A stretch of DNA of 64,000 nt from Sulfurimonas sp. (GTDB lineage: Bacteria; Campylobacterota; Campylobacteria; Campylobacterales; Sulfurimonadaceae). Below, piece after piece: positions 54,512 to 64,000 of the stretch (the first letter of the stretch is position 1; every line of letters starts with the position of its first letter). Under the pieces are notes generated by a model that had not been told where the DNA came from, made no database searches, and saw nothing but the letters and a program-made list of their open reading frames with translations. A program made the position numbers and the translations under genes. The DNA is taken from the NCBI RefSeq assembly GCF_018698455.1, contig NZ_JABIOQ010000006.1:41514-105513 (forward strand), read 5' to 3'.

Positions 54512-56692
54512 CTATGCACGGCCTAAAGAAATTTTATTGCCTTTGAACTCTAAAATTTCAACTGAGATTTTATCACCTTCAGTCAATACATCAGATACTT
54601 TTTCAACTCTTTGATCTGAAATTTTAGATATATGGATAAGTCCATCAGTTCCATCAGGTAACTCTATAAATGCACCAAAATCGACAATACGCTTTACAGT
54701 TCCTTCATATTTGTCCCCTACTTCATACTTTATCTTAGCAATTTTTGGAGTATTTACTATGTTTTCAATATGTCCACGAGCACCAGATACACCAGTTTTA
54801 TTTTTACCAGTGATTTTTACTTTTCCATCTTTTTTGTCAATGTCAATTGCAACTTCAAATTTCTCAATCATCTCACGGATAGTTTTACCAGCTTGACCGA
54901 TAACTTCACCGATAAAACTTGGATCTATATGAAAAAAGTCAACACTTGGTAAAACACCATCATTAAACTCTATCTCTTTCTCTGCATCTAACATAATGTC
55001 AATGATGTGAGAACGACCTTCTTTTGCTTGATACAGTGCTTCTTTAAGTATTTCAAGACTTACACCACCAAGTTTTATGTCCATTTGCATTGCAGTGATT
55101 CCATCTTTAGAACCAGTTACTTTAAAGTCCATATCTCCATCATGGTCTTCAAGTCCATTGATATCTGAAAGGATTGCATACTTACCTGCATCACTAACCA
55201 TACCCATAGCTATCCCAGCTACAGTGTCAGTTGTGTCAAAATCTGCTGCTTTAAGAGCCATATAACCACCACAAACAGTAGCCATTGATGAAGAACCATT
55301 AGATTCCAATATTTCAGATACTAAACGCACTGTTTGGCCATCTAAATCAACTATTGGATCTAGTGCACGTTTTGCTAAGTTTCCATGACCAAGTTCACGA
55401 CGCTTTGTTCCCATAACAGGAGAAGCTTCACCAACTGAAAAACCTGGAAAATTATAATGCACCATAAAGTTTTCGTTCTGAGTACCACTTTCTGTAAGTG
55501 ACTCAAACATTTGTGCATCTTTAGGTCCACCCATAGTAAGGACTACTAAAGCCTGCGTTTGACCACGAGTAAAGAGACATGATGAGTGTGCATTTGGAAG
55601 TACATTTGTAGCTATACTAATAGGTCTAACCTCTGTTAAAGTACGGCCATCAGCACGAACATTCTCATTTAAAATTTGAGCACGAACTTCCGCTTTTTTA
55701 ACACTGTCTATTGCATCTTTTAACTGAACTTCATTTTCAACTGTTGCCCATTCTTCTTTAAGTGTAAGTATAGATTTTCGGAGTGTTCTCAAAGCTGTAG
55801 AGCGTTCTGATTTTGCCATTTGTTTCATCGCGTTTGCAATATCACTAAGGTGATTATCTTTTACATATGAAACCATTTCAGAGTTAAGAGTATGTGCTTT
55901 AAGATCAGTAGAGACTACATCTTTTTTAAATGCTGCAAATTCATTCTCATATTTTGCATTTGATGCGAAAAGTGCTTCTTGAGTTTTCTCAAAAACTTCT
56001 ATAAGTTCATCTTCATTCATCGCGTTAGAAACATGAGAACTCATAACAGCCCCACTCATAGCTGGATCTAACATAGGATCAATGATCATATCAGTCACTT
56101 CTATCTTTTCTCCACCAAAACTACGCATTTCTATCATAAGTAAGTCATCTTTAGTTCCAGAAAGATACAGGTCTAAAGTAGAGTCTTTTAACTGAGAAAG
56201 TGTAGGATTTATAACTAATTCACCATCTACTTTTGCAGTACGAACAGCAGATACAGAAGTATTAATATCAATATCTGAAGTAAAAAGAGCCGCTGATGCT
56301 GCGTTTAAAGCTAGAACTTGTAAATCAGATTCACTATCAGCTGAAAAAGTCATAATAGTAATCTGAGTAGGATGTCCAAATCCTTTTGGAAAAAGTGGAC
56401 GAAGTGAGCGGTCAACTATGCGAGAAGTAAGTGTTTCAAAGTCACTTGGTTTTGTTTCGCGTTTAAAGAAACCTCCTGGGATTTTTCCAACTGCATATGT
56501 TTTTTCAATATACTGAACAGTTAAAGGTAAAAAGTCCTCTTTAACTATCTCAGTTTCATTAATCACTACAGTTGCTAAAATTACTGTTTTCCCTGACTTT
56601 ATCCATGCAGAACCATTTGCTTGTTTTGCAACATCACCAAAAGAGTAGGACTCTTCTCTATTTTCTAACTCTAAATTTACATCATATTTCAT
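54512..56692 (-). CDS. pnp: polyribonucleotide nucleotidyltransferase (PNPase)
   Basis: Two RNase PH-like domains (GSSSMATVCGG), then KH (IGQAGKTIREM) and S1 (GTVKRIVDFGAFIEL) domains. 726 aa. Confidence 0.95.
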   Translation of the reverse strand: MKYDVNLELENREESYSFGDVAKQANGSAWIKSGKTVILATVVINETEIVKEDFLPLTVQYIEKTYAVGKIPGGFFKRETKPSDFETLTSRIVDRSLRPLFPKGFGHPTQITIMTFSADSESDLQVLALNAASAALFTSDIDINTSVSAVRTAKVDGELVINPTLSQLKDSTLDLYLSGTKDDLLMIEMRSFGGEKIEVTDMIIDPMLDPAMSGAVMSSHVSNAMNEDELIEVFEKTQEALFASNAKYENEFAAFKKDVVSTDLKAHTLNSEMVSYVKDNHLSDIANAMKQMAKSERSTALRTLRKSILTLKEEWATVENEVQLKDAIDSVKKAEVRAQILNENVRADGRTLTEVRPISIATNVLPNAHSSCLFTRGQTQALVVLTMGGPKDAQMFESLTESGTQNENFMVHYNFPGFSVGEASPVMGTKRRELGHGNLAKRALDPIVDLDGQTVRLVSEILESNGSSSMATVCGGYMALKAADFDTTDTVAGIAMGMVSDAGKYAILSDINGLEDHDGDMDFKVTGSKDGITAMQMDIKLGGVSLEILKEALYQAKEGRSHIIDIMLDAEKEIEFNDGVLPSVDFFHIDPSFIGEVIGQAGKTIREMIEKFEVAIDIDKKDGKVKITGKNKTGVSGARGHIENIVNTPKIAKIKYEVGDKYEGTVKRIVDFGAFIELPDGTDGLIHISKISDQRVEKVSDVLTEGDKISVEILEFKGNKISLGRA

Positions 56693-57345
56693 TTGTTTTC
56701 CTCTAATAATTTTTCTATTGTTTCGTCTTCTATCTTTTCTAATTCTTTATAATAAAGTGATGTTTCAACATAATCATCTATTTCATGCAAAAAGAATATA
56801 TCATCTACAAAACTCTCTAACTCTTCTAGTATATCACTTGGGATTACAGGAACAGCAATATATACCGCCTTAGGTTCTTGCACTAGTATGGTTTTAAGAG
56901 CCGTCATAAACTTACTACCACTCTCACTACCCTCATCAACTAAAAGAACTACTCTATCTTTCATCGAAGGAAAAGGATGCCCTTTTCGGTACTTGTAAAT
57001 AGAACTTAAAATTTTCTCTTCATGCTTGCGGTGTGCTTCTCCATAAATATAATCATATTTAATCTCAAAAGAGTTCACAAGTCTTTCATTTATAACAAGT
57101 TCTTCACTCTCACTGACACGTGCCACTTCACATTCATCGTTATTAGGAGCATAAATAGCTTCTAAAAATAGTATATTTAGAGGATTTTTTAATTTTCCCT
57201 TTATACTAGCACCAATCGCTAAACCACCATTGGAAACAGCTATAATATCCCAAGATTCTTCTTTTAGCCTTGCCATTGGAATAATCTCTTTGAGCTTTTG
57301 AGCTGCATCTTCTCTATCAACAATAAAATTTTTATATCTTCTCAT
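56689..57345 (-). CDS. phosphoribosyltransferase-family protein
   Basis: PRPP-loop-like RVVLLVDEGSESGSK. 218 aa. Overlaps the pnp start by 4 nt. Confidence 0.6.
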   Translation of the reverse strand: MRRYKNFIVDREDAAQKLKEIIPMARLKEESWDIIAVSNGGLAIGASIKGKLKNPLNILFLEAIYAPNNDECEVARVSESEELVINERLVNSFEIKYDYIYGEAHRKHEEKILSSIYKYRKGHPFPSMKDRVVLLVDEGSESGSKFMTALKTILVQEPKAVYIAVPVIPSDILEELESFVDDIFFLHEIDDYVETSLYYKELEKIEDETIEKLLEENK

Positions 57346-57358
57346 AAAAAGACTTCTC

Positions 57359-59524
57359 CTACTCTTGAGGTAACTGATATGTTAAAAATGAAGCTGAATT
57401 AGACTGCATTAATGGTTTAAGAACTATAGTGACATAGATATACTTATCATAAATAGAAGAACTTGTTGAAGAACCTGTTGAAGAACTTGTCGTTAATATA
57501 GGTCGATTATTTTCACTATATTTGATTCCAAAATCCCAACATCTTTTCTTATAAGTAAGCCCAATCGCCAAACTCTTCGCCTCTTCTCTTTCCATATCAT
57601 AACTATATTGTCCACTAAAAAAGTAACTGCTCTTATAAGTATAGCTTAGAGTAGATGTTAAATAACTTGTATACTGCTCAGGTGATTCAATGAAACTATT
57701 TTTATAAAGATGCGAAACTCCAAGATTAGCTCCATAGTTACTCAAAGTCGCGCTATTAAATACTTTTGAAAATTGATCTTTTTCATAATTGTAAAACATA
57801 TTATTATAAAACTTTAGATAATTAGTCGGCCTTATCTCTAACTCATTTTCAAGTTCACCATATCTATCTGCAACTTCTCCATAAGATATACGTTGTGCTA
57901 GTCTATGATATAAAATTTCCTCAGACGATTCATTATATAAATACTGGACTACATCTATCTGTGCTTCCTCTTGAACTGCTGAAATATTATAAAACTCGCA
58001 CTGTCTACTATCTATATTTAATATATTTGAACAAAACTCATCGTTATCATCATAAAAGCCATTCTTACTCTCTGTTCCAGCTTTCTTATAAGAAACTCCA
58101 AGTCCTACAAAATGTGTCACATCCTCATATGCACGAGTAAGTTCACTATTTAAAGAAACAGTATGATAATTTCTTAAAATATACCCATCATTATAATCAA
58201 CTCCTGTTATATCAGTATCTTCAGTACCACTAAACTTTGAATGCTGTACATAAACATTTGCCCTATATTCAATATTTAAGTATTCATCAAAAAGTGGTGT
58301 TTGTAAAGAAATAGGAATATTGAGATCTGTCTGAATAACTTTTTTATTTATACTTCTTGTTATATTCTTAGATTTGACATCTAAAGAGTAAAGTAAATGG
58401 TTTTTCAAAAGTGCATCAATATAATAATGATATTGTAAAGATGGAAGTTTTTGTGCAGTATCATCGTTACTTGGCAGGATTAAAGATTGGTAATACTTAA
58501 GATATGTGCCTACATAATTATCATTTGTATTATAAAACATATTTACACGCGATAGTAACTGTGTTGCAGTAGAGTTATTTTGTGTATCATTTGAAGAAAG
58601 ATTTATATAATCTACATCATTCATGTGACTTATATCTATATATATGCCCGATTGTCCTGAAAATTCAGTACCAAGCCATTGATTGATAAAGTCGCTATTT
58701 ACATAATTAAAATCAAAACCAAAGTGTGAATCATTTTGCAGTTCATTCTGCTCAAAATACTCTTTATTCTCTTTAAAGTAACCCGTACTAAACTGACCAT
58801 GAGAAATTTTTGAATCTACAAAATTAGTTGTTTGATAGATTCCATATCCACGAGATGTTCTTAACTGAGGTCTAATCTCTGTATCCCACCAATTATACTC
58901 GGCAATGTAAAGAGGTTGTTCATAAAATGTGCCTTCCTGGTCAGAAACTCCTAACGATGGCATTAAAAGTCCTGAACGTCTTGTCGTGTCAAGAGAATAT
59001 CCAAAATATGGAGTATATAAAACAGGTACACTTCCTATATAAAGTCTTGTATTGTAAAGGTTCATCCATTTAGTTTTTGAGTTATACTCAGAGGAACTAA
59101 ATTCCATCTTCCAAAGTGGGTCTAAGGGATCACATCCACTCAAACTTCCAGAACTAATTTTTATATCATTTTCTTTTGAAGTTCCTTCTTCTCCACTAAT
59201 CCATACTTTGGATTTAAGTTCAGACATATAGAATGGTTCAAATGTTTTTTCTTTTTTAGCAATATTGAGTTTTGCATATTTACCAAGAATTTTATAATCG
59301 CGTCCCTTAGTTACTCTAATATTTTCAAATAGTTCTAAATCACCACTTGTTTTATTATAAATAGCCCTCTGCGCACTTAAAACATAATCTTTATAGATTA
59401 CACTAACCCCTCCCCTCGCTTCTACAGTTGAATCTTTAGTATCCATCGAGGAGGCATATATTTCTACTTTATCCATTGCATAAAGATTTAAAAAGAGTGT
59501 GAAGAGAAAAAGAAGTTTAAGCAT
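57359..59524 (-). CDS. lptD: LPS-assembly outer membrane protein LptD (OstA family)
   Basis: Signal peptide MLKLLFLFTLFLNLYA, an OstA-like N-terminal beta-jellyroll segment, and a C-terminal region of about 550 aa rich in Y/N/S, the size of a beta-barrel. Confidence 0.75.
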   Translation of the reverse strand: MLKLLFLFTLFLNLYAMDKVEIYASSMDTKDSTVEARGGVSVIYKDYVLSAQRAIYNKTSGDLELFENIRVTKGRDYKILGKYAKLNIAKKEKTFEPFYMSELKSKVWISGEEGTSKENDIKISSGSLSGCDPLDPLWKMEFSSSEYNSKTKWMNLYNTRLYIGSVPVLYTPYFGYSLDTTRRSGLLMPSLGVSDQEGTFYEQPLYIAEYNWWDTEIRPQLRTSRGYGIYQTTNFVDSKISHGQFSTGYFKENKEYFEQNELQNDSHFGFDFNYVNSDFINQWLGTEFSGQSGIYIDISHMNDVDYINLSSNDTQNNSTATQLLSRVNMFYNTNDNYVGTYLKYYQSLILPSNDDTAQKLPSLQYHYYIDALLKNHLLYSLDVKSKNITRSINKKVIQTDLNIPISLQTPLFDEYLNIEYRANVYVQHSKFSGTEDTDITGVDYNDGYILRNYHTVSLNSELTRAYEDVTHFVGLGVSYKKAGTESKNGFYDDNDEFCSNILNIDSRQCEFYNISAVQEEAQIDVVQYLYNESSEEILYHRLAQRISYGEVADRYGELENELEIRPTNYLKFYNNMFYNYEKDQFSKVFNSATLSNYGANLGVSHLYKNSFIESPEQYTSYLTSTLSYTYKSSYFFSGQYSYDMEREEAKSLAIGLTYKKRCWDFGIKYSENNRPILTTSSSTGSSTSSSIYDKYIYVTIVLKPLMQSNSASFLTYQLPQE

Positions 59525-59966
59525 CTACAACCAGAGTTCTTGCTGTTTTATCATGCCATGCTTGGCGAGATGGGTCTAACATTCCCCATAAGAAACCAAG
59601 ATATAAAATTGTTTCACTCAAAATGCGTACAGATGAGCGATTAAGAGATACTAAAACATTTGGATTTGCCACAGTTTTAAGTTCGATAACTCTTATTTTC
59701 ATCGCCATTTTCCCTAAAGTAGCACCATATTGCATTACAAAAAATGCTTGGTAAATAAACTTCATCATCATGTACTCTAAAACAAAACTGTTTGTAAGGT
59801 TTATCATTTCTTCCATTGTTTGAGCATTTACAAAAGAATCCCACAGAGCAAATATCAGTAAAAGTGAAAGTAATGTTTCATCTATCATAAACGCCACTGC
59901 TCTTTTCTTTATAGGTGCCAAGACTATACTTTCTCTATGAAGTAATGTTTCTATATCTTCATTCAA
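59517..59966 (-). CDS. RDD-family membrane protein
   Basis: 149 aa with three hydrophobic helices, KKRAVAFMIDE near the N-terminus and C-terminal QAWHDKTARTLVV, typical of RDD proteins. Confidence 0.7.
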   Translation of the reverse strand: MNEDIETLLHRESIVLAPIKKRAVAFMIDETLLSLLLIFALWDSFVNAQTMEEMINLTNSFVLEYMMMKFIYQAFFVMQYGATLGKMAMKIRVIELKTVANPNVLVSLNRSSVRILSETILYLGFLWGMLDPSRQAWHDKTARTLVVDA

Positions 59967-59975
59967 ATTTATATC

Positions 59976-61241
59976 CTAAAGTGCTTGATAAGCGATGTCT
60001 GTTCTAAGTTTTTTACCAACAAAATGAACTTGTCCACATCTCAGATATGCTCTGTCTCTAGCTTGCTTAATAGTGTCACCTAATCCAACACATACTAAAA
60101 CGCGACCACCATTAGCATATAAAACATCATCTTCTTTGCTTACTCCAGCATAAGAAATATGAGTATTGTTTGCTATCTCTTCATGATGTACTTCATCTAC
60201 GATTATTTCAGCAGGAGTTGAACTTGAGTAAGGATAGTTTTGTGATGCCATTACAACACCAACTGCATACTGTTTAGAGAACTCTACTTTTATCTCATTC
60301 AAACGGTTTGTTGAAGCTTTTAAGAACATATCTGAAACAGATGAAGTCATAAGAGGCATAAGGATTTCACATTCAGGATCGCCAAAACGTACATTAAACT
60401 CGAGTGTAATTGGCTCACCATTAACAACCATAATTCCAATGAAAAGAACACCCTCAAAAGGAGCACCCTCTTTCTTCATACCATCTAGTGTTGGAACGAT
60501 AACCCTGTCTTTTACCTTTTGATAAAGTTCTTCATCAACAAGAGGTGTAGGAGCATATGCACCCATTCCACCAGTGTTTGGTCCCTCATCATTATTGTGT
60601 AAACGCTTATGGTCTTGTGCTGCTTGAAGAAGTATGTAGTCATCCCCATCGCAAATAGCGAACATTGAAAGTTCAAAACCATCAAGAAATTCTTCAACTA
60701 TTACTTTTTTACCTGCATCACCAAAACTTTTTCCACTTAACATTTCACCGATTGCTTGCTTTGCTTCATCATGACTCATAGCAATGATTACACCCTTTCC
60801 ACCACAAAGACCATCGGCCTTCACAACAATGGGTGTACTTAGTGTATCAGTAAATTTATATAAATCTTCGATTGAGTCACTCTCAATAAAGCCGGCTGTA
60901 GGGATATTGTACTTTGCTAAAAAGTTTTTCATATAAACTTTTGAGCCCTCAAGTTGAGCTGCTTCTTTGGTTGGTCCAAAAATAGTCAGTCCTTGTGCTC
61001 TGAAAATATTTACCACGCCATCAACAAGTGGAGCTTCAGGTCCAACAATTGTCAGTTCTATTTCATTTTCTTGTGCAAATACTGCAAGTTCATTATAGTC
61101 TTTAATATTTAGATTAGTTCCTAGGTTATCAGTAGCACCATTTCCTGGTTGAAAAAAAAGTTCATGATCCTCTGTCTCATTTTTTATAGCTCTTGCAATA
61201 GAGTACTCACGACCACCACTACCTAAAATCAAAATTTTCAT
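59976..61241 (-). CDS. purD: phosphoribosylamine-glycine ligase
   Basis: MKILILGSGGREYSIA N-terminus, ATP-grasp core ADGLCGGKGV and EFNVRFGDPE. 421 aa. Confidence 0.95.
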   Translation of the reverse strand: MKILILGSGGREYSIARAIKNETEDHELFFQPGNGATDNLGTNLNIKDYNELAVFAQENEIELTIVGPEAPLVDGVVNIFRAQGLTIFGPTKEAAQLEGSKVYMKNFLAKYNIPTAGFIESDSIEDLYKFTDTLSTPIVVKADGLCGGKGVIIAMSHDEAKQAIGEMLSGKSFGDAGKKVIVEEFLDGFELSMFAICDGDDYILLQAAQDHKRLHNNDEGPNTGGMGAYAPTPLVDEELYQKVKDRVIVPTLDGMKKEGAPFEGVLFIGIMVVNGEPITLEFNVRFGDPECEILMPLMTSSVSDMFLKASTNRLNEIKVEFSKQYAVGVVMASQNYPYSSSTPAEIIVDEVHHEEIANNTHISYAGVSKEDDVLYANGGRVLVCVGLGDTIKQARDRAYLRCGQVHFVGKKLRTDIAYQAL

Positions 61242-61355
61242 ATGTTATTCTCCAATATTATATAGACATTATATTTTCTCTTTATTATAACATAGAGTCA
61301 ATTTTAAATAGCTGTTTTATATGAAAAATATAGTGGAGGGAATGATTTATTATAA

Positions 61356-61563
61356 AAAGATAACCCGAGCAGCCGTCTCGCATTTGGCTTGGTTCTAAAA
61401 GCCTAATTTAGGAGAAGTGAGTGCTTTATAACGGCGACATTTTCTCGCTATGCATAACATAGCTCAAGTGAAAACATTGACACACAAAAGCTCTACTAGT
61501 TCTCAAAGTGAAAATGTAGAACCCTCATTGGTGCGATTGCTCGAACCACTCAGATTATCTATA
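61356..61563 (-). ncRNA. candidate structured small RNA of about 205 nt, possibly 6S RNA (ssrS)
   Basis: ORF-free segment that reads visibly GC-richer than its flanks. On the minus strand, AGAUAAUCUGAG (61560-61549) pairs with CUCGGGUUAUCU (61369-61358): 12 contiguous bp, 2 of them G-U (these would be C-A on the plus strand). Further nested helices: UCGCA/UGCGA, GGUUCUA/UAGAACC, GAGAA/UUCUC. A TATAAT box lies 7-8 nt upstream and a U-run follows the 3' arm. Confidence 0.45.
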
Positions 61564-61569
61564 TGTTAT

Positions 61570-61577
61570 ATTATACA
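61570..61577 (-). promoter_or_regulatory. -10 box (TGTATAAT on the minus strand) for the candidate sRNA
   Basis: Plus-strand ATTATACA at 61570-61577 is minus-strand TGTATAAT. An A-rich tract lies upstream on the minus strand (plus-strand T9 at 61591-61599). The predicted transcription start is near 61563, right at the start of the terminal stem. Confidence 0.45.
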
Positions 61578-61597
61578 CTTTCAAACTTTATTTTTTT

Positions 61598-62233
61598 TTA
61601 TAAAGATTTAGCCAGTGTTATACAGCTCTCAATTGTATTCTCTTTTGCTATATTAAATGTTAGCCCAGGAGGAAGTGATTTTCCCGTTGTAGTGCCAATT
61701 ACAACTACATTATTCGTTAGAGAAATTTGATTATTTTGCAAAAAACAATTTATACTAGAAGGTGAAGTAAATACAAGGACTGCATTGTCCTCAATCTCTA
61801 TATTCTTCATCTCATCAGAGCATTTACTTTCATAGACTATCTCTTCATCAATACAATAACCCTCATGAGTTAAAGTCTCTACAAAATTTGATGCAACCTT
61901 CTTTGCTCTTAGGTAAAGCCATTTTGTTTTTTTAGGATACTGACTAACACTCTTGTGTAAGTCATCTCCATAACCACTGCCTACCTCTAGAACTGTTCCA
62001 TCAATCTCTTCAAATGAGGCAGCAGTGACCTCTGAGATACAAAGTGCTCTCTTATCTATAAAGGTTGTTGTGTCATACTGCTGTAGTGCTCTCACTGCTT
62101 GTTTTGATGTAATAATTAAATAATCATAATCACAAAAATTTATAGAAGGTTTAAGGAGTGTTATATCAAGAGAGTTCACACTTATTACATCTGGATGAAA
62201 AGAAGTAGAGAAGAGATATATTTGCTTAGACAT
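61598..62233 (-). CDS. hemD: uroporphyrinogen-III synthase
   Basis: 211 aa with two half-domains carrying IITSKQAV and VFTSPSSI (the HemD-typical TS..a motif, duplicated). Confidence 0.65.
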   Translation of the reverse strand: MSKQIYLFSTSFHPDVISVNSLDITLLKPSINFCDYDYLIITSKQAVRALQQYDTTTFIDKRALCISEVTAASFEEIDGTVLEVGSGYGDDLHKSVSQYPKKTKWLYLRAKKVASNFVETLTHEGYCIDEEIVYESKCSDEMKNIEIEDNAVLVFTSPSSINCFLQNNQISLTNNVVVIGTTTGKSLPPGLTFNIAKENTIESCITLAKSL

Positions 62234-62265
62234 AAAACTTCCTACTCTTTTGTGCTTTTCTTACT

Positions 62266-63804
62266 TTATTCCCACTCAATTGTTGCTGGTGGTTTACTTG
62301 AAATATCATAAACAACACGGTTGATTCCATCAACTTCATTGATAATTCTTCTTGAAATTCTCTCAAGTAAATCGTGTGGTAAGTGTGCAAATGTAGCAGT
62401 CATACCATCAACTGCTTCAACAACTCTTACACATGCTGTATTGTCGTATGTACGGTTATCACCCATAACACCAACTGATTTTACGTTAAGCAAAACTACA
62501 AATGCTTGCCAAGTTTTAGCATAGTACCCACTAGCTTTGAGTTCATCAAGAAGTATTACATCTGCTTCACGAAGAATAGTTAAGTCAGGAACATTAACAT
62601 CACCCATGATTCTAATTGCAAGTCCTGGTCCAGGGAATGGATGACGGTTAATCATACTTGCTGGAAGACCTAACTCTAAACCAATTTTACGAACCTCATC
62701 TTTAAAAAGTTCACGAAGTGGCTCAATTAATTCAAAATCCATCCAGTCTGGTAATCCACCAACATTATGATGAGATTTAATAACCTCCGATGGACCATTT
62801 ACAGAGATAGACTCAATAACATCAGGGTAAAGTGTCCCTTGAGCAAGAAATTTAATTCCATCATGTTTTTTAGCTTCTTTTTCAAACTCTTCAATAAAAG
62901 TATGACCGATTATTTTACGTTTTGTCTCAGGGTCAGATACACCTTCTAGTTTTCCTAAAAAGTTGTCTACAGCATCAACTGTAATGAGTGGTGTTTTAAG
63001 ATTGATTTTAAAAACTTCTTCAACTTGCTCGCGTTCACCTTTTCTTAACAATCCATTATCTACAAATACAGGAATAAGTTGATCGCCAATAGCTTCATAA
63101 AGCATAGCAGCTACAACAGAGCTATCAACTCCACCGCTTAAACCACAAAGAACTTTACCAGTTCCTACTTTTTTACGGATACCTTCTATTTGTTCTTTCA
63201 AGAAGTGCTCCATTTTCCATTTTTCAGTAACACCACAGATATTTTTTGCAAAGTTACGAAGCATTAAGTAACCCTCTTCTGAGTGTTGAACTTCTGGATG
63301 AAATTGCATTGCATAAACACGTTTCTCTTCATTTGCAATAGCTGCATATGGAGAATTTTCTGATGTGGCAATTGGTGCAAAACCTTCTGGAAGAACATCT
63401 ACTTTATCAGAGTGACTCATCCAAACAATTCTATCATCATCGCAATCTGCTAAAAGAGGAGAAGCAGTCTCTAGTTTAAGTTCTGCTTTTCCATACTCAT
63501 GATGATCTGAACGGACAACACTTCCACCAAAGTCAACAGCAATACACTGCATACCATAGCAGATACCAAGAACTGGAATACCCATAGAGTAAACACCTTG
63601 GTCTACTTTATATGCATCTTCATTATAAACAGAAGATGGACCACCACTTAAAATAACACCCTTTGGGTTTTTTGTTTTTATCTCTTCTGCTGAAGTATGG
63701 TAAGGTAAAATTTCACAATATATTTTATCTTCACGAAGACGACGAGCGATAAGCTGTGTGTACTGAGAACCGAAATCTAAAACGATGATGCTAACATTTG
63801 TCAT
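62266..63804 (-). CDS. guaA: GMP synthase (glutamine-hydrolysing)
   Basis: GATase domain GICYGMQ, PP-loop SGGVDSSV and C-terminal dimerisation domain ending ...PPATIEWE. 512 aa. Confidence 0.97.
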   Translation of the reverse strand: MTNVSIIVLDFGSQYTQLIARRLREDKIYCEILPYHTSAEEIKTKNPKGVILSGGPSSVYNEDAYKVDQGVYSMGIPVLGICYGMQCIAVDFGGSVVRSDHHEYGKAELKLETASPLLADCDDDRIVWMSHSDKVDVLPEGFAPIATSENSPYAAIANEEKRVYAMQFHPEVQHSEEGYLMLRNFAKNICGVTEKWKMEHFLKEQIEGIRKKVGTGKVLCGLSGGVDSSVVAAMLYEAIGDQLIPVFVDNGLLRKGEREQVEEVFKINLKTPLITVDAVDNFLGKLEGVSDPETKRKIIGHTFIEEFEKEAKKHDGIKFLAQGTLYPDVIESISVNGPSEVIKSHHNVGGLPDWMDFELIEPLRELFKDEVRKIGLELGLPASMINRHPFPGPGLAIRIMGDVNVPDLTILREADVILLDELKASGYYAKTWQAFVVLLNVKSVGVMGDNRTYDNTACVRVVEAVDGMTATFAHLPHDLLERISRRIINEVDGINRVVYDISSKPPATIEWE

Positions 63805-63888
63805 GGAAATACCTTTAAAAAATGGAATAATTTATTGATGACAGGATACTATAAATAAGATTAATTTTTGATTTACACGAAAGAGAGT

Positions 63889-63912
63889 CTAGCTGCGTTT
63901 AAATGCAGCTAG
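63889..63912. terminator. palindromic hairpin between guaA and the upstream minus-strand gene
   Basis: CTAGCTGC-gtttaaat-GCAGCTAG: 8-bp perfect stem, located 12 nt downstream of the stop of the partial ORF at the right edge. Confidence 0.4.
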
Positions 63913-63923
63913 TGTTATTAAGG

Positions 63924-64000
63924 TTAGTAGAGACCCAAAATTTGAAACTGAAAATACCAAACAGCAATTGAAGCTATATATCCAGCTAAGATAGTCCAAG
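63924..64000 (-). CDS. 3' end of a membrane-protein gene entering from the right edge
   Basis: The minus-strand frame reads ...WTILAGYIASIAVWYFQFQILGLY, then TAA (plus-strand TTA at 63924-63926). A second frame is also open, so the frame choice rests only on the stop-then-hairpin arrangement. Confidence 0.3.
   Translation of the reverse strand, partial: WTILAGYIASIAVWYFQFQILGLY

Noticed and set aside
61300-61597. tmRNA, RNase P RNA, SRP RNA or a purine/ZTP riboswitch as the identity of the hemD-purD structured region
   Set aside because: I see no tRNA-like acceptor/T-arm with a CCA-proximal end and no tag ORF (tmRNA). There is no GGAAAGUCC-type P4 sequence (RNase P) and no GGAA-tetraloop domain IV motif (SRP). 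There is no recognisable ZTP or purine riboswitch core. Size and rod-like pairing fit 6S better, though this remains unproven.
61591-61599. T9 homopolymer as a phase-variation tract affecting hemD
   Set aside because: Apart from the first two bases of the hemD stop codon (61598-61600), the run lies outside the hemD reading frame. It is A/T rather than the G/C type usually used for phase variation in this phylum. It is more likely the AT-rich upstream element of the sRNA promoter.

Overview
AT-rich, densely packed chromosomal segment. Gene content and synteny point to Campylobacterota (Epsilonproteobacteria): an rppH-lysC-hobA-holB-folP operon as in Helicobacter, a MOMP-type porin, tatBC, and promoters with a -10 box only. 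A free-living sulfur-oxidiser or Arcobacter-like host is only a guess.

I support about 70 protein genes or gene fragments. I found no rRNA, tRNA, CRISPR array, integrase or transposase.

Layout:
- 0.4-13.8 kb: housekeeping genes (msrB, cyclophilin, PiT, folP operon, hemW, tatBC, queA, dprA, rpsF-ssb-rpsR).
- 14.1-17.0 kb: CHASE/PAS hybrid histidine kinase.
- 18.2-27.7 kb: a five-gene minus-strand beta-oxidation operon (fadD-fadA-fadB-fadE) ending in an unusual acyltransferase/alpha-beta-hydrolase fusion.
- 28-39 kb: envelope and miscellaneous genes (OmpA-like protein, serB, metF, serS, porin, SPFH protein, orphan response regulator, DjlA-like protein).
- 39-48 kb: an accessory-looking stretch. 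It holds a Cys-containing ArsR-family regulator divergent from a MerT-like/rhodanese fusion plus methyltransferase, then arsR-arsC-arsP, a His-tagged CDF exporter, a ParE/RelE-type TA pair, a lipoprotein packed with bacterial N-glycosylation sequons, AraC, and three truncated genes.
- 48-64 kb: ycaO, csp, an exonuclease, selD-selU, pnp, lptD, purD, hemD and guaA.

A candidate structured RNA of about 205 nt (6S-like) with its own TATAAT box lies just upstream of purD.

The best candidates for something undescribed are the ArsR/MerT-rhodanese/methyltransferase module, the sequon-rich lipoprotein co-transcribed with AraC, and the acyltransferase-hydrolase fusion at the end of the fad operon.

All calls rest on motif and architecture recognition by eye in the supplied translations and sequence. 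No searches or folding programs were run.
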